Positions 13,801 through 26,746 of a DNA stretch of 64,000 nucleotides are shown one piece after another. Source of the DNA: Lama guanicoe (lineage: Eukaryota); the NCBI GenBank assembly GCA_013239625.1, contig MU053934.1, positions 1,333,285-1,397,284 on the forward strand. The letters are read 5' to 3'. The translations under genes and the position numbers were made by a program. The first letter of the stretch is position 1; the number at the start of each line of letters is the position of its first letter. The notes beneath the pieces are model-generated. The model was not told where the DNA came from. It saw only the letters and a program-made list of their open reading frames with translations, and ran no database searches.

Positions 13801-14544
13801 CTCCCAGCGGGAAGACCCCTGCCTTTGCTGCCAGGAAAATATTTTTAAGAGCTACCATGGTGTGAAAAAAAGTAGGCCAGAAAACTGCAAAGTGCAGACC
13901 TTGCAGATGGCCAGAGCCACCACCGGCTTGGTGAGGCCCACGCAGCTTAGCGGGGGGTTCAGGAGCCAGGGTGAGCCTGACAGGCCCTGGATTCTCTGAA
14001 ACAGCACCGTTGGAGAAAGGATGGCAAGTAGCTTCACCTCGGATCTCAGGATTTATTGACTGGACTGGTACTGGCTGTTAATGGAACATGGAGTCGAGAA
14101 TTTGAATTTTAGGTTTTGAAGGCTTAGACCAGACTTTGAAGAAAGTGCAGTGATCAATTAGTGATGTCTGCCATGGGAGAGGTTATGGGGTGAGTGATGT
14201 CTACTATGCTGCCTTAAGGAGATTCATGCCTCATATTCTGGAGCAGAGTTTTATAAATGGGCCTTCTGAGGCAAAGTGAGGCAGGCAGGGTCAAGAATGG
14301 GAATAAAACTGCAGAGCAGCTAAGTAGGTAAGAGCTAGTCCAAAAAGTGTGGTGAGAGGACATGATTGAATACTAACCTTTTTTTGGAGCAGTTACTATG
14401 TATTAGATACTGTCAAATCTGGGGAATAGAGAGATGACTAATATGTTTTCTTTCAAGAAATTAAATCTAATTAAGGAGACATGCATGTGAAGAGGACTTA
14501 GGTCATAATGGGGGATCACTCCTTTTCTTCTTCCAACAATTTGA

Positions 14545-15055
14545 CTATCTCTTTATTGAAGTATAGTTTATTTCCAATATTGTGTTCATTTCTGGTGTAC
14601 AGTATAGTGATTCAGTTATACATATATATTCCTTTTTATATTCTTTTTCATTATAGGTTATTACAAGATATTGAATATAGTTCCTTGTGCTGTACAGTAG
14701 GACCTTATTGTTGATCTGTTCTCTATATACTAGTTTGTATCTGCTAATTCGAAACTCCTTATTTATCCCTCCCCACTTTTCCCCTTTTGGTAACCATAAT
14801 TTGTTTTCTATGTCTGTGAGTCTGTTTCTGTTTTGTAAATAAATTCATTTGTGCCAATTTTTAGATCCCAATTATATGTGATATTATATGACACTTGTCT
14901 TTCTCAGTCTGATTTACTTCACTTAGTATGATAATCTCTAGGTCCATCCATGTTGCTGCAAATGGCATTATTTCATTCTTTTTATGGCTGAGTAGTATTC
15001 CATTGTGTGTGTGTGTGTGAGTGTGTATACACCACATCTTCTTTATGCATTCATC
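14545..15055 (-). mobile_element. L1 3' end
   Basis: Reverse-strand L1 3'UTR and ORF2 end (KKNEIMPFAATWMDLEIIILSEVNQTEKDK in the ORF track). Confidence 0.93.
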
Positions 15056-17599
15056 TTGGACCACATCTTTTCACATCCCTCCACAAGTCCTATTTATCAG
15101 CATCCCCAGTTTCCCTGCTTGGACCATCTAGCTCATCTCACTATACTCATAGTGGAATATCCTTTGCTCCCCAAGCTTAAGCTTCCTCCTCTGCACCCAT
15201 GGCTCCCAAAAATCTGTCTCAAGGCATAATTTTTCTCCCCAACACCATTGCCAGGTGCACACTAGACATCTCCACTATCAAAATCCCATTTTGCAGGTGG
15301 GGAGACTGAGGCAAGGGAGGATTCAGTAACTTCCCTAAGGTCACACTGCTAGCAGGTGGTGGAACGAGGATTAGACCTGCTCTTCATCTCAGGGAGAGGG
15401 AGTGAGGTGTGAGGGCCAAGGGCATCCAGGCCCAGATGACTGTTCCAATCCCAGTTGTTTACTTGCCCCCAACACATCTGCCCCATAGGGTTGTCATAAG
15501 GGTCACATGAGTTCAAAGATCTAAAGACAGAATGTCTGGCACACAGCAAGAGCTAGTCCTCCTTAGATTCTTACATGCTCCTTCCGTCTTCCCCACCAGC
15601 ACACAAACCCCGTAGGATAGGGATTTTGTTTTGTTCACCACCAGATCCTTAGCATCTAGAAGAGTTCCTGGCACTGATCCAAGATCAATTTGTAGAATAT
15701 TTGTTCAGCACACATTCCTCCACAAAACATGGCAGAGGTAGGAAAGATTCAGGAGGCAGTAGAAGGAAAGGATCTCTTCTACTAGGAAGAAATATGAAGA
15801 CATTGTCAAAAATGTGAAGTGCAGAGATCTGCGACCTGAAAAGTCTGGGTTTTGGGGTCAGACAAAACTGGGTCTGAGCACTTACAGGGCCATGGTCTGG
15901 AAGTGGCCCTCACCTATGGGAAACTGCTTCCTCATCTGAGATGCGAGGGTTCTCATCCCACATGAGGGGCATTGAGGGGCAGAAAGGCTCCCCTGGGTGT
16001 CTGCAGGTACTTAGTAAATGTCCGTCCCCTCCCCTCTCGGGGTCCCCACAGAGTCCTCTCCCTGAACCTTCTGACCAGGCAACGGCTGCCTGTACCAGCA
16101 AGGGTCCACATTCACCTGCCAGACCTCGCCTCCACTCCACAGGAGGAGAGATGCTCTTTTCCAGTACACTCTTAGCAGGAGGAGGGAGGGGGTTAAGCTC
16201 CTGTTTTTGTTTTTACAATGCAAAATTTGTCAACTTGGCACAGTTGACAGACTGCCTCTGTGTTCGCCTAATTGCCTTCCCTGCATGCGAGCATCTGTAT
16301 GTGTGTGTGTGTGTGTGCGTGTTCCCTGGGAGAGCCTCGCTCAGTGGCTCGGGCAGAAAAGGACTGATTCCAGAAGATGTGCTCATCCCCTGGGATGTCT
16401 GCCCATGACCCCAACCTACCATGAGAGACAGTGTGGGGCAGTATACGGAGACCCCTCTGGGAGTCAGGAGACTTGGGCTCTGGTCCCTACTCTGCCCCTT
16501 AAGTCATAGTCAATAGAACAAAATCAATAGTAACAGCGTGACAGCGGCTGCATGGGCTTTTTCTAGCTGTTTCAATTTCAGGCCCCAAGACATTCTGTAT
16601 TTTAAGGGGAGTGTTTGACCCTCTCCCCAGGACGTGTGAAGCAGAAGGTAACGGAACACCTGTTTTGCAACCCTTGGCTGACCACCCATCTGACCTGTTA
16701 AATGCTGCAGCAGCCTTGGGAGGGTCTAGATATTGGGTGACTTTTATTTGGAGTGTTTGGGGGTGCTGGGAGACAACCTCTACCCAAGATAATGGAATGG
16801 GGGTGAGGGTACTTCCTTCTCATCTCAAGCCTACAGAGATGGGCTTCGAGGAGGCCAGTGGGAGACCGTCCACTGGATTTGGGAGGTTGGCACACTGCAG
16901 CTTCTGTGTGATGCTTACCTAAAGAGTCTAGAGGTGAGAGGCTGAGGCCACAGGCCTGGACAGGGAGGCAGGAAAGGGAGATGTGCTATGTCAGGATCTC
17001 GCTACACAGCTACAAGGTGAGGGCAAGGATGGGCCAGATCTGGGTCACCGGGAGAGAACCAGTGTGGAGTCTTCCCAAGGTGACCCCAAGAGCTGTCTAT
17101 ACCGCCAGATTCCTGGGTGTGAAGGAAGGAAACCTAAGTGGACAGTAGGTCATCTTGTGACCTTGAGGGGGGCTGAGACAAGCCAAAGATGGAAGTACTC
17201 GAGAGCGAAGAAACCTGAGTCTCTGATGAGTTTACTGACCCACTGAGTGAACCAGCCTTGGCCCCTCCAACCTCAGGACGTCGTATGAGGTGAGGCACAG
17301 CCTTTTCCTCATGGCTCCAGTCATCTGAGTTTCCTGCCTCCTGAGTCCAGGCTGATTTGTCCTAAAGGATGCAACGAGCGGGTAGAAGTTAAAACCTGGT
17401 GACAGATCTGCCAGCCCAGTGCTTGTCCCAAAGCCACTATGTTGAGACATCATGGGAAAAGTGCTGTATGAACCCAAGTCACAGACGTGTCAGCCAAAGT
17501 CACACCTGAGACACAGGCAGCAGGGGAAACTGAAGACATGGACGTTAAGAGGCTTTAAGAGAGCGAAAGCAGAAGCTCCATGCACACATCAGGATGCGG

Positions 17600-17935
17600 G
17601 AAGTACTCAGCAGAAGTGTATTCTGAGAAACCGTCATACATCAAAGGGGAGACACAACAAGACAAATGCAGTCTGGTAGCCAGGACTGGATTCTGGAACA
17701 GAAAGAGGACAACGGTGGAAAATTGTTGAGCTCCAAATAAAGTCTGCAGTTCAGTGAAAAGTAACATACCAACCAACGTCAGTTTCATAGCTTCGACAAA
17801 TGTACCATGGAGACAGAATATGTTAACAATGGGAGAAACTGGGGGACGGGTACACGGGAACTCTCTGAATTATCTTTGCAACTTTTCTGTAAACCTAAAA
17901 TCATTCTAAAATGAAAAGTTTGCTTTTAAAAAGTT
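17600..17935 (+). mobile_element. Old L1M-type 3' fragment
   Basis: gggaactctctgaattatctttgcaacttttctgtaaacctaaaatcattctaaaatgaaaagttt is a characteristic old L1 (L1MB/MC/ME-type) tail. Confidence 0.75.
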
Positions 17936-19319
17936 TATTGAATGAATGAGGAATGTATAGAAGTCTAGGTCCGGGGATTAATGTAATAACCATCTTTCTT
18001 TAGAGTTACTCAAGTAACTCTAATGCCTTCAACTGGCCTTTCACACATCTTTTTTGGTCCCTTCAATAGCGCTGTGAGGACTGCATCACACAGTACTTGG
18101 CACATAGTAGGTTCTCGGTAAATAAACCCTCTTTGCACAAAAGGACACTGAAGCTGTAAGAGGCCAAGTGTCCGCACCCAATTTCATTTGACTCCAAGGT
18201 TCACGCTCCCTGGACTCCGCCACCCACCCAGGCTTAGAGCGCAGGCCGTGTCCGAGCCTGTGAGGCCCTGGCTTCTCTCCGTCACCACTCTGGGCTCAAC
18301 ATCATGGTTTATGCTTGGAAAACCTGAAAGCAAGAAGCCACAGCCTCTCCATGCCCTGGAAATCAGCACATAAATCTTGATTCTAAAATGTAATAATATT
18401 TGCTTTCCCATTTATGGCATCATTATTACAGAGCAGTCGGCTCGGGCTCAAGGTGGCTGTAGGAAATTATTCCATTTGATGCAGTCAGCCCACCCACCAC
18501 ACTGTGATCTGGCCTCCCCTAACAGAAAGGCAAGTTGGCCAAGATGATTCAGGATGGCATGGGACGGGGAGGGGGGTGCTCCTAATTAATAGGGGGAGGA
18601 GTGACTTTTTCTGCAGATTGTAAATACTTCCTGAAGGCTTCTGCCGCTCTAGTGATAGGGACCCACCTGCCTTGGTGGCAAGAACAACCAAAGAACTGAA
18701 GGGAAATGGGAGAGATAAAACGGGAAAGTGAAATCGGCTAATCCCCTCCCCTCCACCCACTCCTTCCCTAGACCCAGGCTTCTCAAGCATGACACCCTCA
18801 GCCATCCTGCAGAGGCCACGTCAGAGTCCATCTCCAGTGCACGCACGCATGCTCACACACACGCACGTTCCCAGCGGCAGTGACCCTCTCACTCCTCCAG
18901 GTGTCCTGTATTTCTATCACAGCACCAGCCAGAGTCAGCCTGTACTCGGAAACTCATTCATTCATTGACTCATTCATTCACCCAGGAAATATTTATTGAG
19001 CTGACTAACATGGTACCATGCACCGTGTTCTGAAGACAGAACACTGACCAAAACAGACACGAACCCTATCCTCATGGAGCCAGCAGTCTAGCTGCTCATA
19101 TGCGAGTCTGTCCCCTCATTGAATTGTGGGTTTCTGGAAGTAGGAACCTAAGTTTTTATCTTTGATCTCCAGTACCCAGCACAACACCGGGCACATATTA
19201 GGAGTTAATACACGCTTGCTGAGTGGATGACTGAATCAATGCATCAATGAACACTAAAACCCAGACGGTTCTTCTCTTCCTTAGAACTCTCCAGCATCCC
19301 CAGCCCTCACTGTCTGCAA

Positions 19320-19460
19320 CAGCACCAGCAAACTGCAGCCCGTGGGCCAAATCCAGCCCATCACTTGGTTTTGTAAGTAAAGTTTTATTGGAACACAGCT
19401 GCGCTCACGTGCTTATGTATTGCCAATGGCTGGTTTTATGTCACCGTAATAGCTAAGACA
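19320..19460 (+). mobile_element. MER58A-like MITE fragment
   Basis: cagcaaactgcagcccgtgggccaaatccagccc...ttttgtaagtaaagttttattggaacacagc. Confidence 0.8.
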
Positions 19461-20301
19461 AAAACTGGCACTCTCTGCCTCCACTCCCCAAAAGCTGAGA
19501 GTCCGGAAAGCATGTCTGATGAGCCACCTGGTGCTCACCTCTCTTTAGATTCTCTTCTTCTTATAGTTCAGATTTTGTGCTCTGCCCAAGAGTTTAACTC
19601 TCTTGACCTAAGTTTTGGATCCAAATAGACTTTTACTGAAAATGATGATGTGAACTTGGAATGCGTGCTTTTGCCCCTGGTACCAGATCTGCTCTCTGGG
19701 TAGCAACGGCCCTTGGGGTCTGGGGATAAATGGAAATGAGAGAGATGTCCTGACTAACAGAATCTCAGAAGACTTTCTAATTTCTTAAAGCCTATTGGCC
19801 CAATGAGAGCAAGGCTCTGGATGTTTCTCAGTGAACCAAGGTGGACCAAAGTTTGTATGTTAATTACAATAAAACTTTTTAAAAACCATCTCTCATTGCA
19901 AACATTTCCCAGTCCTCACATAGTTCCAGCCTCTTTCCCCACCTCCACTCCCTGAAACGCGCTGCATCTCGTAGGTGATGCGGGGCACATCAGGTAGGAA
20001 GGGTCCTCACCCCAAGTCCTCCTTTCAAGTCCTCCTTTCAGGGTTCTTATCCTGGGGGGAACGTCTCAGCCTTTTATGCCGCTACTGTGCGCTCTGAAGG
20101 ATTTCCATGTGATCGATCATTTACTCAGCTTCTTGACACAGAAGAGACTACTTATGCCTCCTCCAGGTCACACCCCAATGGGTCAGACAGATCCCTAAAT
20201 TATATGATTTCTACGTATCATCTAGGACAGTGTTTCTCAGTGTATGGTCTCCAGGTTAGATGCAACAGGATCTGCTAGGGTTCTTATTTTAAATGCTTGA
20301 A

Positions 20302-21180
20302 ATTAATAGGGATCACATTAAATCTGTAGATTGCTTTGGGCATTATGGCCATTTTAACAATATTCATTCCTCCAATCAGTAAATGCTGGAGAGGGTGTGA
20401 AGAAAAGGGAACCCTCTTACACTGCTGGTGGGAATGTAATTTGGTGCAGCCACTATGGAAAATAGTATGGAGGTTCCTTTAAAAACTGAAAAAAGAATTA
20501 TCACATGATCCAGCAATCCCACTCCTGGGCATATATCTGGAGAAAATTCTAATTCAAAAAGATACATGCACCCCAATGTCCATAGTAGCACTATTTCCAA
20601 TAGCAAAGACATGGAAGCAACCTAAACGTCCATCAACAGATGACTGGATAAAGAAGATATGGTATACACACACACAGACACACACACACACACAATCACA
20701 ATGGAATACTAGTCAAGCATAAAGAAGAATGAAATAATGCCATTTGCAGCAACATGGATGGACCTAGAGATAATGCTACTGAGTGAAGTCACTCAAGGAA
20801 AGAAGAATATCATGTATCACTTATATGTGGAATCTAAAAATTTACACAAATGAACTTACTTACAAAACAGACTCACAGACACAGAAAACAAACTTGTGGT
20901 TACCAACGGGGAAAGGGGTAAGGAGAGATAAATTAGGAGTCTGGGATTAGCAGATACAAACTACTATATACAAAATAGATAACCATCATGGTCCTACTGT
21001 ATAGCACAGGGAACTACATTCAATATCTTGTAATAACCTATAATAGAAAATATGAAAAAGAATATATATGTATAACTGAATTACTATGCTATATACCAGA
21101 AACTAACACAACATTGTAAATTTTAACAACATTTCAGTAAAAAAAATAAAATAAAAATAAAACATTTTTAATTTAAAAAA
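20302..21180 (+). mobile_element. 5'-inverted (twin-primed) L1 inserted in a MER5-like element
   Basis: About 20302-20377 is antisense ORF2 sequence and 20378-21180 is the sense ORF2 end, 3'UTR and A-tail. TSD AAATGCTTGAA (20291-20301) / AAGTGCTTGAA (21181-21191). Confidence 0.88.
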
Positions 21181-23489
21181 AAGTGCTTGAATTGCCCTCC
21201 AAACCCACAGAATGGGGATCTGGGGTGATGCTGACCATCTTCATTTTACATGTTCTGGATGAGTCTGAGAACCAGGGAGAACCATAAAATGATGGCATCC
21301 CAAGAGAAGAGGAAATGAATGTTCAACCTGGAGAATATAAATGCCAACCAAAGGCAGTCTAGCCCTCAATACCCACCATGAAATGAGTCCCGGGCCCTCT
21401 CACCATCCATCCTCTACCACCACTGAGGGAGCCACCACGAGCTGCCACAGCCTCCTGACTGGTCTCCTTACTAAGCCCCTCACCCGCCACGCTCTGCTCC
21501 CCACAGAGCAGCCAGAGCGCCCGTTTTGCGAAGAAAGTTACATCATGTCACTTCCCCGCTCTCTCCCCTCCAGTGCTTCCCAGCACACCTGGAACCCAAT
21601 CCCACATCCTTAGTCCTTACGGTGGTCCACCAGGCCCTACAGGACCTGACCTCTGCCTGCTCTCCCCTCACCTCCGTGCTCCGGGCGTCCTGTCCCCTGC
21701 TGCTCCTTGAGCACATGGGCCACATGCTGACCTCAGACTCTTAGCACCTGCCTGGAAGCCCTTCCCTCTGAGACCCACTTGGCTCGCCCCTCACTTCCTT
21801 CAGTTCCAGGTCACCTCCTCCAGAAGGCTCCCCCTGTTCACCCCACCTACAATAGCTCCCCATCACTTTATTTTACCTCATGTGTCCCCACAGTGCCTGA
21901 CGTTACACTACACACGTATCTGTTCATCATTTGCCATTGCTCTTCTCCACTGGAATGGAATCTTCACAGAAGGGTGTGCCAGTCGGGATAAGCCTGTCTC
22001 AGCGGCTTAGAAGCACAAGGGTTTATTTCTCACACCTTGTCCAACATGGATCAGCTGTGGGTTTTACTCCCACATGACCATCGTCCTCACTGAGACCTAG
22101 GCCAACGGACACCACTGTCTGGAATACGGCAGGTGACTGGCCAGATGGAAAAGAGAATGTGGCAAAGCATGAACTGGCTGGTACACATAATCCCATTCAA
22201 ATTCATTGGCCAAGCCTGAATTCAATAGGATGGGGCAGTATAATCCTTCTCCAGGAAGGGAGGTGGAGTTTGGGGAACAGTAACCAGTCTGCCAGAGGCT
22301 AGGAACTTTGTTCTATTTATTTCTCTATCTCAAGGGCCCGAAACAGGGCCCAGTATGATTAGATGCTCAGTTAATATTTGTCAGATGGGTAGCGGTTTGG
22401 ATCCCAAAGTGGGATGGCAACTTGGCTTAATTCTAAGGCTCTGTGCGCTGGAGCTGATGCTGTCTGGGATGGGACAGGCTCGGTGGCACCTGACATATCC
22501 AAAGACCCGGCTACAGGAGCTGGAAGGAACGGCAGCCCCGCTGACAGCAGCCTTTGCTGCCTCGAGCCGGAAAGGAACAGGAAGACTGGCTACTCCAGTC
22601 TCCCTCCCAGTGAAGGAGCCCTCCTGTCCTTCCGGGCAGCCAGAGTAAGTGAGGGGCGGGGATTAGGAGGCAGACCCCGGGACGCAGACCAGCAGCACAT
22701 ACACTCCAGGATCGAGGGCTCAAATTTGGGAGCTCAGATACCCAGGCCAGGGTGGGTCACTCAGGAGACCTGGGTCAGAAGGCAGCTGGGAGGCCAGGAC
22801 AACAGAGCTTGGATAATGGAAAGGCAGCCCCAAAAGGGACTTCTCCAGGGAGTAGACGGTAAGTCTGAGACCCAGACAGGGACAGCAATTTACTCCGGGT
22901 CACACAGCGAGGCTACGGCAGAGGGTGGATTTGAACCCAGGATTCTCCTCTCTCAGCCCAGCGCAAACAGCACCCTGGAAACAGCTGTGGTGATGTTAAC
23001 AGTAAGAACAGTGACCTCCTCCAGTCCTCTGACTCTGCCAGGCATGACTGTAAGCACTTTTTGTGAATTTTCTCACATAACCCCCACAATCAGCCTAGGA
23101 GGTAAGGATCGTAATTCATTTCCATTTTGTAGATGAAGACACCGAGGCCCAAAAGTTTAAGGAATTGATCCAAAATCCCACAGCTACTAAGTGGCAGGAC
23201 TAGAATGTGAGCCTGGATCTCTCTGACTCCAGATCCCATGCTCTTAGTTGGTAATACACTGACACTGTGTTATACTAGTGACCAGCTGTGCCCACTAGAG
23301 ATGCAGCAGGAGAAACTGAGGTAAGCCAACATTCAAACTGGAGACTCACGTGTGGGGAACTGACTGTCTGGAGTCAGGGAACAAGCCCAGAGAAATCTGA
23401 ACTAAAGGTCAGAGCAGGGCCAGGGACAGGGCTGAGACTGAGGGCTGGAAGGGGAGGGCTCCAAATGGAAAAATAACAGCAGTGGTGCC

Positions 23490-23700
23490 CATGTAGCACC
23501 TTCTCTACACCAGGCAGTCCCAGCTCTCTCCAGGAACTCACTCATGTAATCCTCACAACAGCCCTGTGAGGTGGGCACAGTATTACTCCATCTTAATAAT
23601 GAGGAAACCAAGACACAGAGAGGTTAACCAACTTGCCCCAGATCACACAGCAAGCCCATGGGGAGCCAGGATTTGAAATGGGGTCCAGCCCCACCTTTCA
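23490..23700 (-). mobile_element. MIR SINE
   Basis: aatcctcacaacagccctgtgaggtggg...gaggaaaccaagacacagagaggttaaccaacttgccccagatcacacagc. Confidence 0.85.
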
Positions 23701-24659
23701 CTGCTGCACTGGGGATCAGTGATGTCCTGCATACAGAGCCAGCTGGACTCCAGGGCCCTGCTGGATGTGTCTCGGGACAGCATGGCTCTGCTTCACTAGG
23801 CTGTCTAGGCCTCCAGGAAGTGTGCTAGCACTCGGAAGTTTCCAGCTTATCCTGAGCTGAAGCCCCCCTCTCCTTGTAAGTCTCCCTCACCAGTCCTTGC
23901 TCTGGCCCATATGCCCACGGCGACCAAGTCCGCTGTCCACTCCACGAGAGCTTTCTCCATCCTCAGCACCCCCTCCTGACCCTGGCGTGCACTTTGAGCT
24001 CCTCACCCTCCCACCCTCATCCTCTGAATGGAGGCTGGGGTGCCAGCATCCCTTCCCATCCAGCCGATTCTGGTTCCCCAGACATCACTTCCCAACACAT
24101 AGAGCCCCAGAAGAGACACTGGCCAGCCAGTGTCTTCCAAATGCACACCCTGATTTTTCACAGACCGACTGCCAGTTTTCAGTTAGGTCAGACAAATTAG
24201 GCAAGAGCTTATTTTCCCAGCTCTTCCAAAGAATCTCCCTTGACATATGCTGTCTTGCTCTTTTCAGGCCTCATAAAACATGATATTGACACAGGTGCAA
24301 GGCAAGCACTGCCCAGCTGAGCCTCCCCTCCCGGCTGGCAGGTGTCTAGGCTGCAGACCTGGTGCCTGCCCATCTGGGTCAGGCCCTGGTGCCTCCGTCC
24401 CCCCAGAGCTGTCCTGGTGGCAGTTCTGTCCCCATAACTTTTCCCCAAGTCCCCCCAGCTCCTCTCTTCAGAATCCTTGCCCTCAGATGTCCCCCAGAGA
24501 AGACTGGAACAAAAGAGCAATTGTCAGAGTGAGTTCTGCAGGATGGGCTTGGTCGATGGGAGATGAAGGAAGAGACGGGGCAAATGCCAAGGTCAAGTGA
24601 GATGAGACACCCTGGGTAAGGCAAAGGGACACTGGTTTCTTGGCAGTCAGGGCCAGGGA

Positions 24660-24985
24660 CTTTGTTTTTGCTGATCTGTTTTCTATATAGTAGTTTGTAC
24701 GTGCTAATCCCAAACTCCTAATTTAGCCCTCCCTACTCTCTTCCCCCTTTGGCAACCATTAGTTTGTTTTCTCTGTCTGTGGGCCTCTTTCTGTTTTGTA
24801 GGTACGTTGCATCCCTAGGCTCTACACCAGCCCACAACACTGTAAATCAACCGTACTTCAATTTTAAAAATAAATAAATTTTTTAAATTGTGAATCACTC
24901 TAATGTACACCTGTAATTTATACAATATTGTATAGCAACTATACAAAAAAATCCTTAAAATTTTTTTAAATAAATTTTTTTAAAA
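24660..24985. mobile_element. Cluster of short L1 3'UTR fragments in mixed orientation
   Basis: About 24660-24810 is antisense L1 3'UTR. About 24820-24880 and 24890-24960 are two sense L1 extreme-3' tails with A-rich ends. Confidence 0.75.
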
Positions 24986-25489
24986 TCTCATCTCCTGTTG
25001 ATTTATAAGTGGGCAGCTGGCAGAGTGCAGAGCCCCGAAGTTCTGAGAGTGGGACCAGCCCTGACTGAGTGCTGCTCCCTCCACCAGAGGAGGTCCAGAC
25101 ACCAAGTGTTCTCGAGCTGTTCCTGGTCCCACCATGGGGCTTGCTCCTCCTGAGAGCATCTCATACACCTGTCCCTCACACAGCCAGCAAACATCCAGGT
25201 CCTCAGCCTCACTGCTTCCAAGTCAAGACCCGGGACACTGCAGGGCCGCAGAGCCCCGAGCAAGTAAACTGCAGGCTCACTGAGTGGGCAGCCAGGCAAA
25301 CCCGGGCTTGGACTTGGTCCTACCGCTTCCTGGTGGCCTAACCCTGCAACGTTAGGGGCATGGATTTTAACCTACCTTTTGGCTCCAGTGAGACTTGAGG
25401 GAGCAGACATCTGGGAACACACGCAGCAAGGGCCTGGCACAGAGCAGCCTCTTCCAGGCTGCTTTCTGTCTGAACACCTTGTCTTCCTG

Positions 25490-26405
25490 ATCTGTGGAGG
25501 CTGGAGCAAATTACCACCGACCTCGTTGGCTTCAAACCACAGGAATTTCTTCTCTCACGGCTTTGGAGGCCAGAAGTCTGAAAGGAAGGCGTTGGTAAGG
25601 ACACGCTCCCTCCAGAGACTCTCGGGGAGAACTCTTCTTCGCCTCTTCCGGTTTCGGCGGCCCTTGGGTTCCTTGGCTCGTGGCTGCATCCAATCTCGGC
25701 CTCCGTCTCCACCTGGCCTTCTTGCCGGTTTATGTTGTTGCGGAAAAATGCGTTACAGCTCGGTGTCACAGCTCGTTTGTGACAGCAGCCTGGAACCGGG
25801 CTCTCGGAGAATTGGAGAACTCGGATTTATTACGCCAGCAGGCCCAGAGGAGTTAAGACTCCAAGCTCTGGACCCATCTGTAGGTACACCAGCTTTTATA
25901 GGCTGCCAATTTACACTTTGCAACATCATATATAAATGAGGTATAAGGAAAGTTGACAAATTAAGAACAAGCTTTGTAGAAATGGACCAATCAGGAGTGA
26001 AGGAAATAACCAATCAGGAGTGAAGGAAGTAACCAATCAGGAGTGAAGGAAATAACCAATCAGGAATGAGCTCAGGGAACCAATAGAATTTTAGGAGTAA
26101 GTAAGCCGTTTCAGAGGCAAAAAGCGAGATAGCGTCTCTGGGCCAGGGAACCGGATGGTGCCGGCAGGAGAGTAGTGGCCCTGCTTGGGGAAGTCCTGCT
26201 GGTCTTTTTATGGGGTTCCCGCCTCAATGTGTTCTATCCTTTAACAAGGACTCCAGTCATTGGATTTCAGGCTCGCCGTAAATTCAGGATGATGCGTCTT
26301 GAGATCCTTAACTAATTGCCTCTGCAAACACCTTTTCTCCAGTTAGGTTATAATCTGAGGTTTTGTGTGGACATGAATTTGGGGGGCCACTCTTCTACCC
26401 AGTTT
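25490..26405 (-). mobile_element. MLT1-type (ERVL-MaLR) LTR, interrupted by a younger LTR
   Basis: caaattaccac...ggcttcaaaccacaggaatttcttctctcacggctttggaggccagaagtctgaa... It resumes after 26230 with aaggactccagtcattggatt...gagatccttaactaattgcctctgcaaacacc. Confidence 0.8.
25736..26226 (-). mobile_element. Solo ERV1-like LTR, 491 bp, copy A
   Basis: TG...CA termini and a perfect 4-bp TSD ATGT (25732-25735, 26227-26230). Tandem 23-bp CCAAT units (accaatcaggagtgaaggaaata), TATAAAA and AATAAA (25826-25831) on the minus strand. Clearly homologous to 41588-42153. Confidence 0.93.
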
Positions 26406-26727
26406 ATGCCGCATGGCCGAGGAACCCAGGCCAGGGCCTTTTCCCTGTACCTCTGATCCCATACCCCAGCAAGGACGGCCAGCTGTGGGCCTTCTGCTCA
26501 CACAGTCTGAGGCCGCTTCCCCTCCAGCAAACAGGGGCCCTCCCGGCGTCTGGGCCCAAGTGTCCAGGTAACATCCCAGGGCTGGAGAAAGCAGCTGTTT
26601 CCCTGCCATTTCCTGTTCTGGGCTAGCCTAGAGGTTAGAGGTGGTCGGGGAGTGTGCCCGTTTTAACCCTTTCCTTGCCAGGAATCAACCCTAAGCCTCT
26701 CTCAAGTTGCGGCCAAACCTGGGGCGA

Positions 26728-26746
26728 CAGCGCCCCCTGGTGGCCG
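26728..26746 (-). promoter_or_regulatory. CTCF binding motif
   Basis: Reverse complement CGGCCACCAGGGGGCGCTG is nearly identical to the CTCF consensus (TGGCCACCAGGGGGCGCTA). It lies in unique CpG-rich sequence. Confidence 0.8.

Noticed and set aside
20013..20040. 13-bp tandem duplication (caagtcctccttt x2); also (tctagaa)n at 57721-57754
   Set aside because: Ordinary slippage-type micro-duplications with no functional clue.
22414..23136. Longest ORF in the track (240 aa)
   Set aside because: No recognisable domain. Its 3' half runs through MIR-like fragments in GC-rich DNA, so it is probably a chance ORF.
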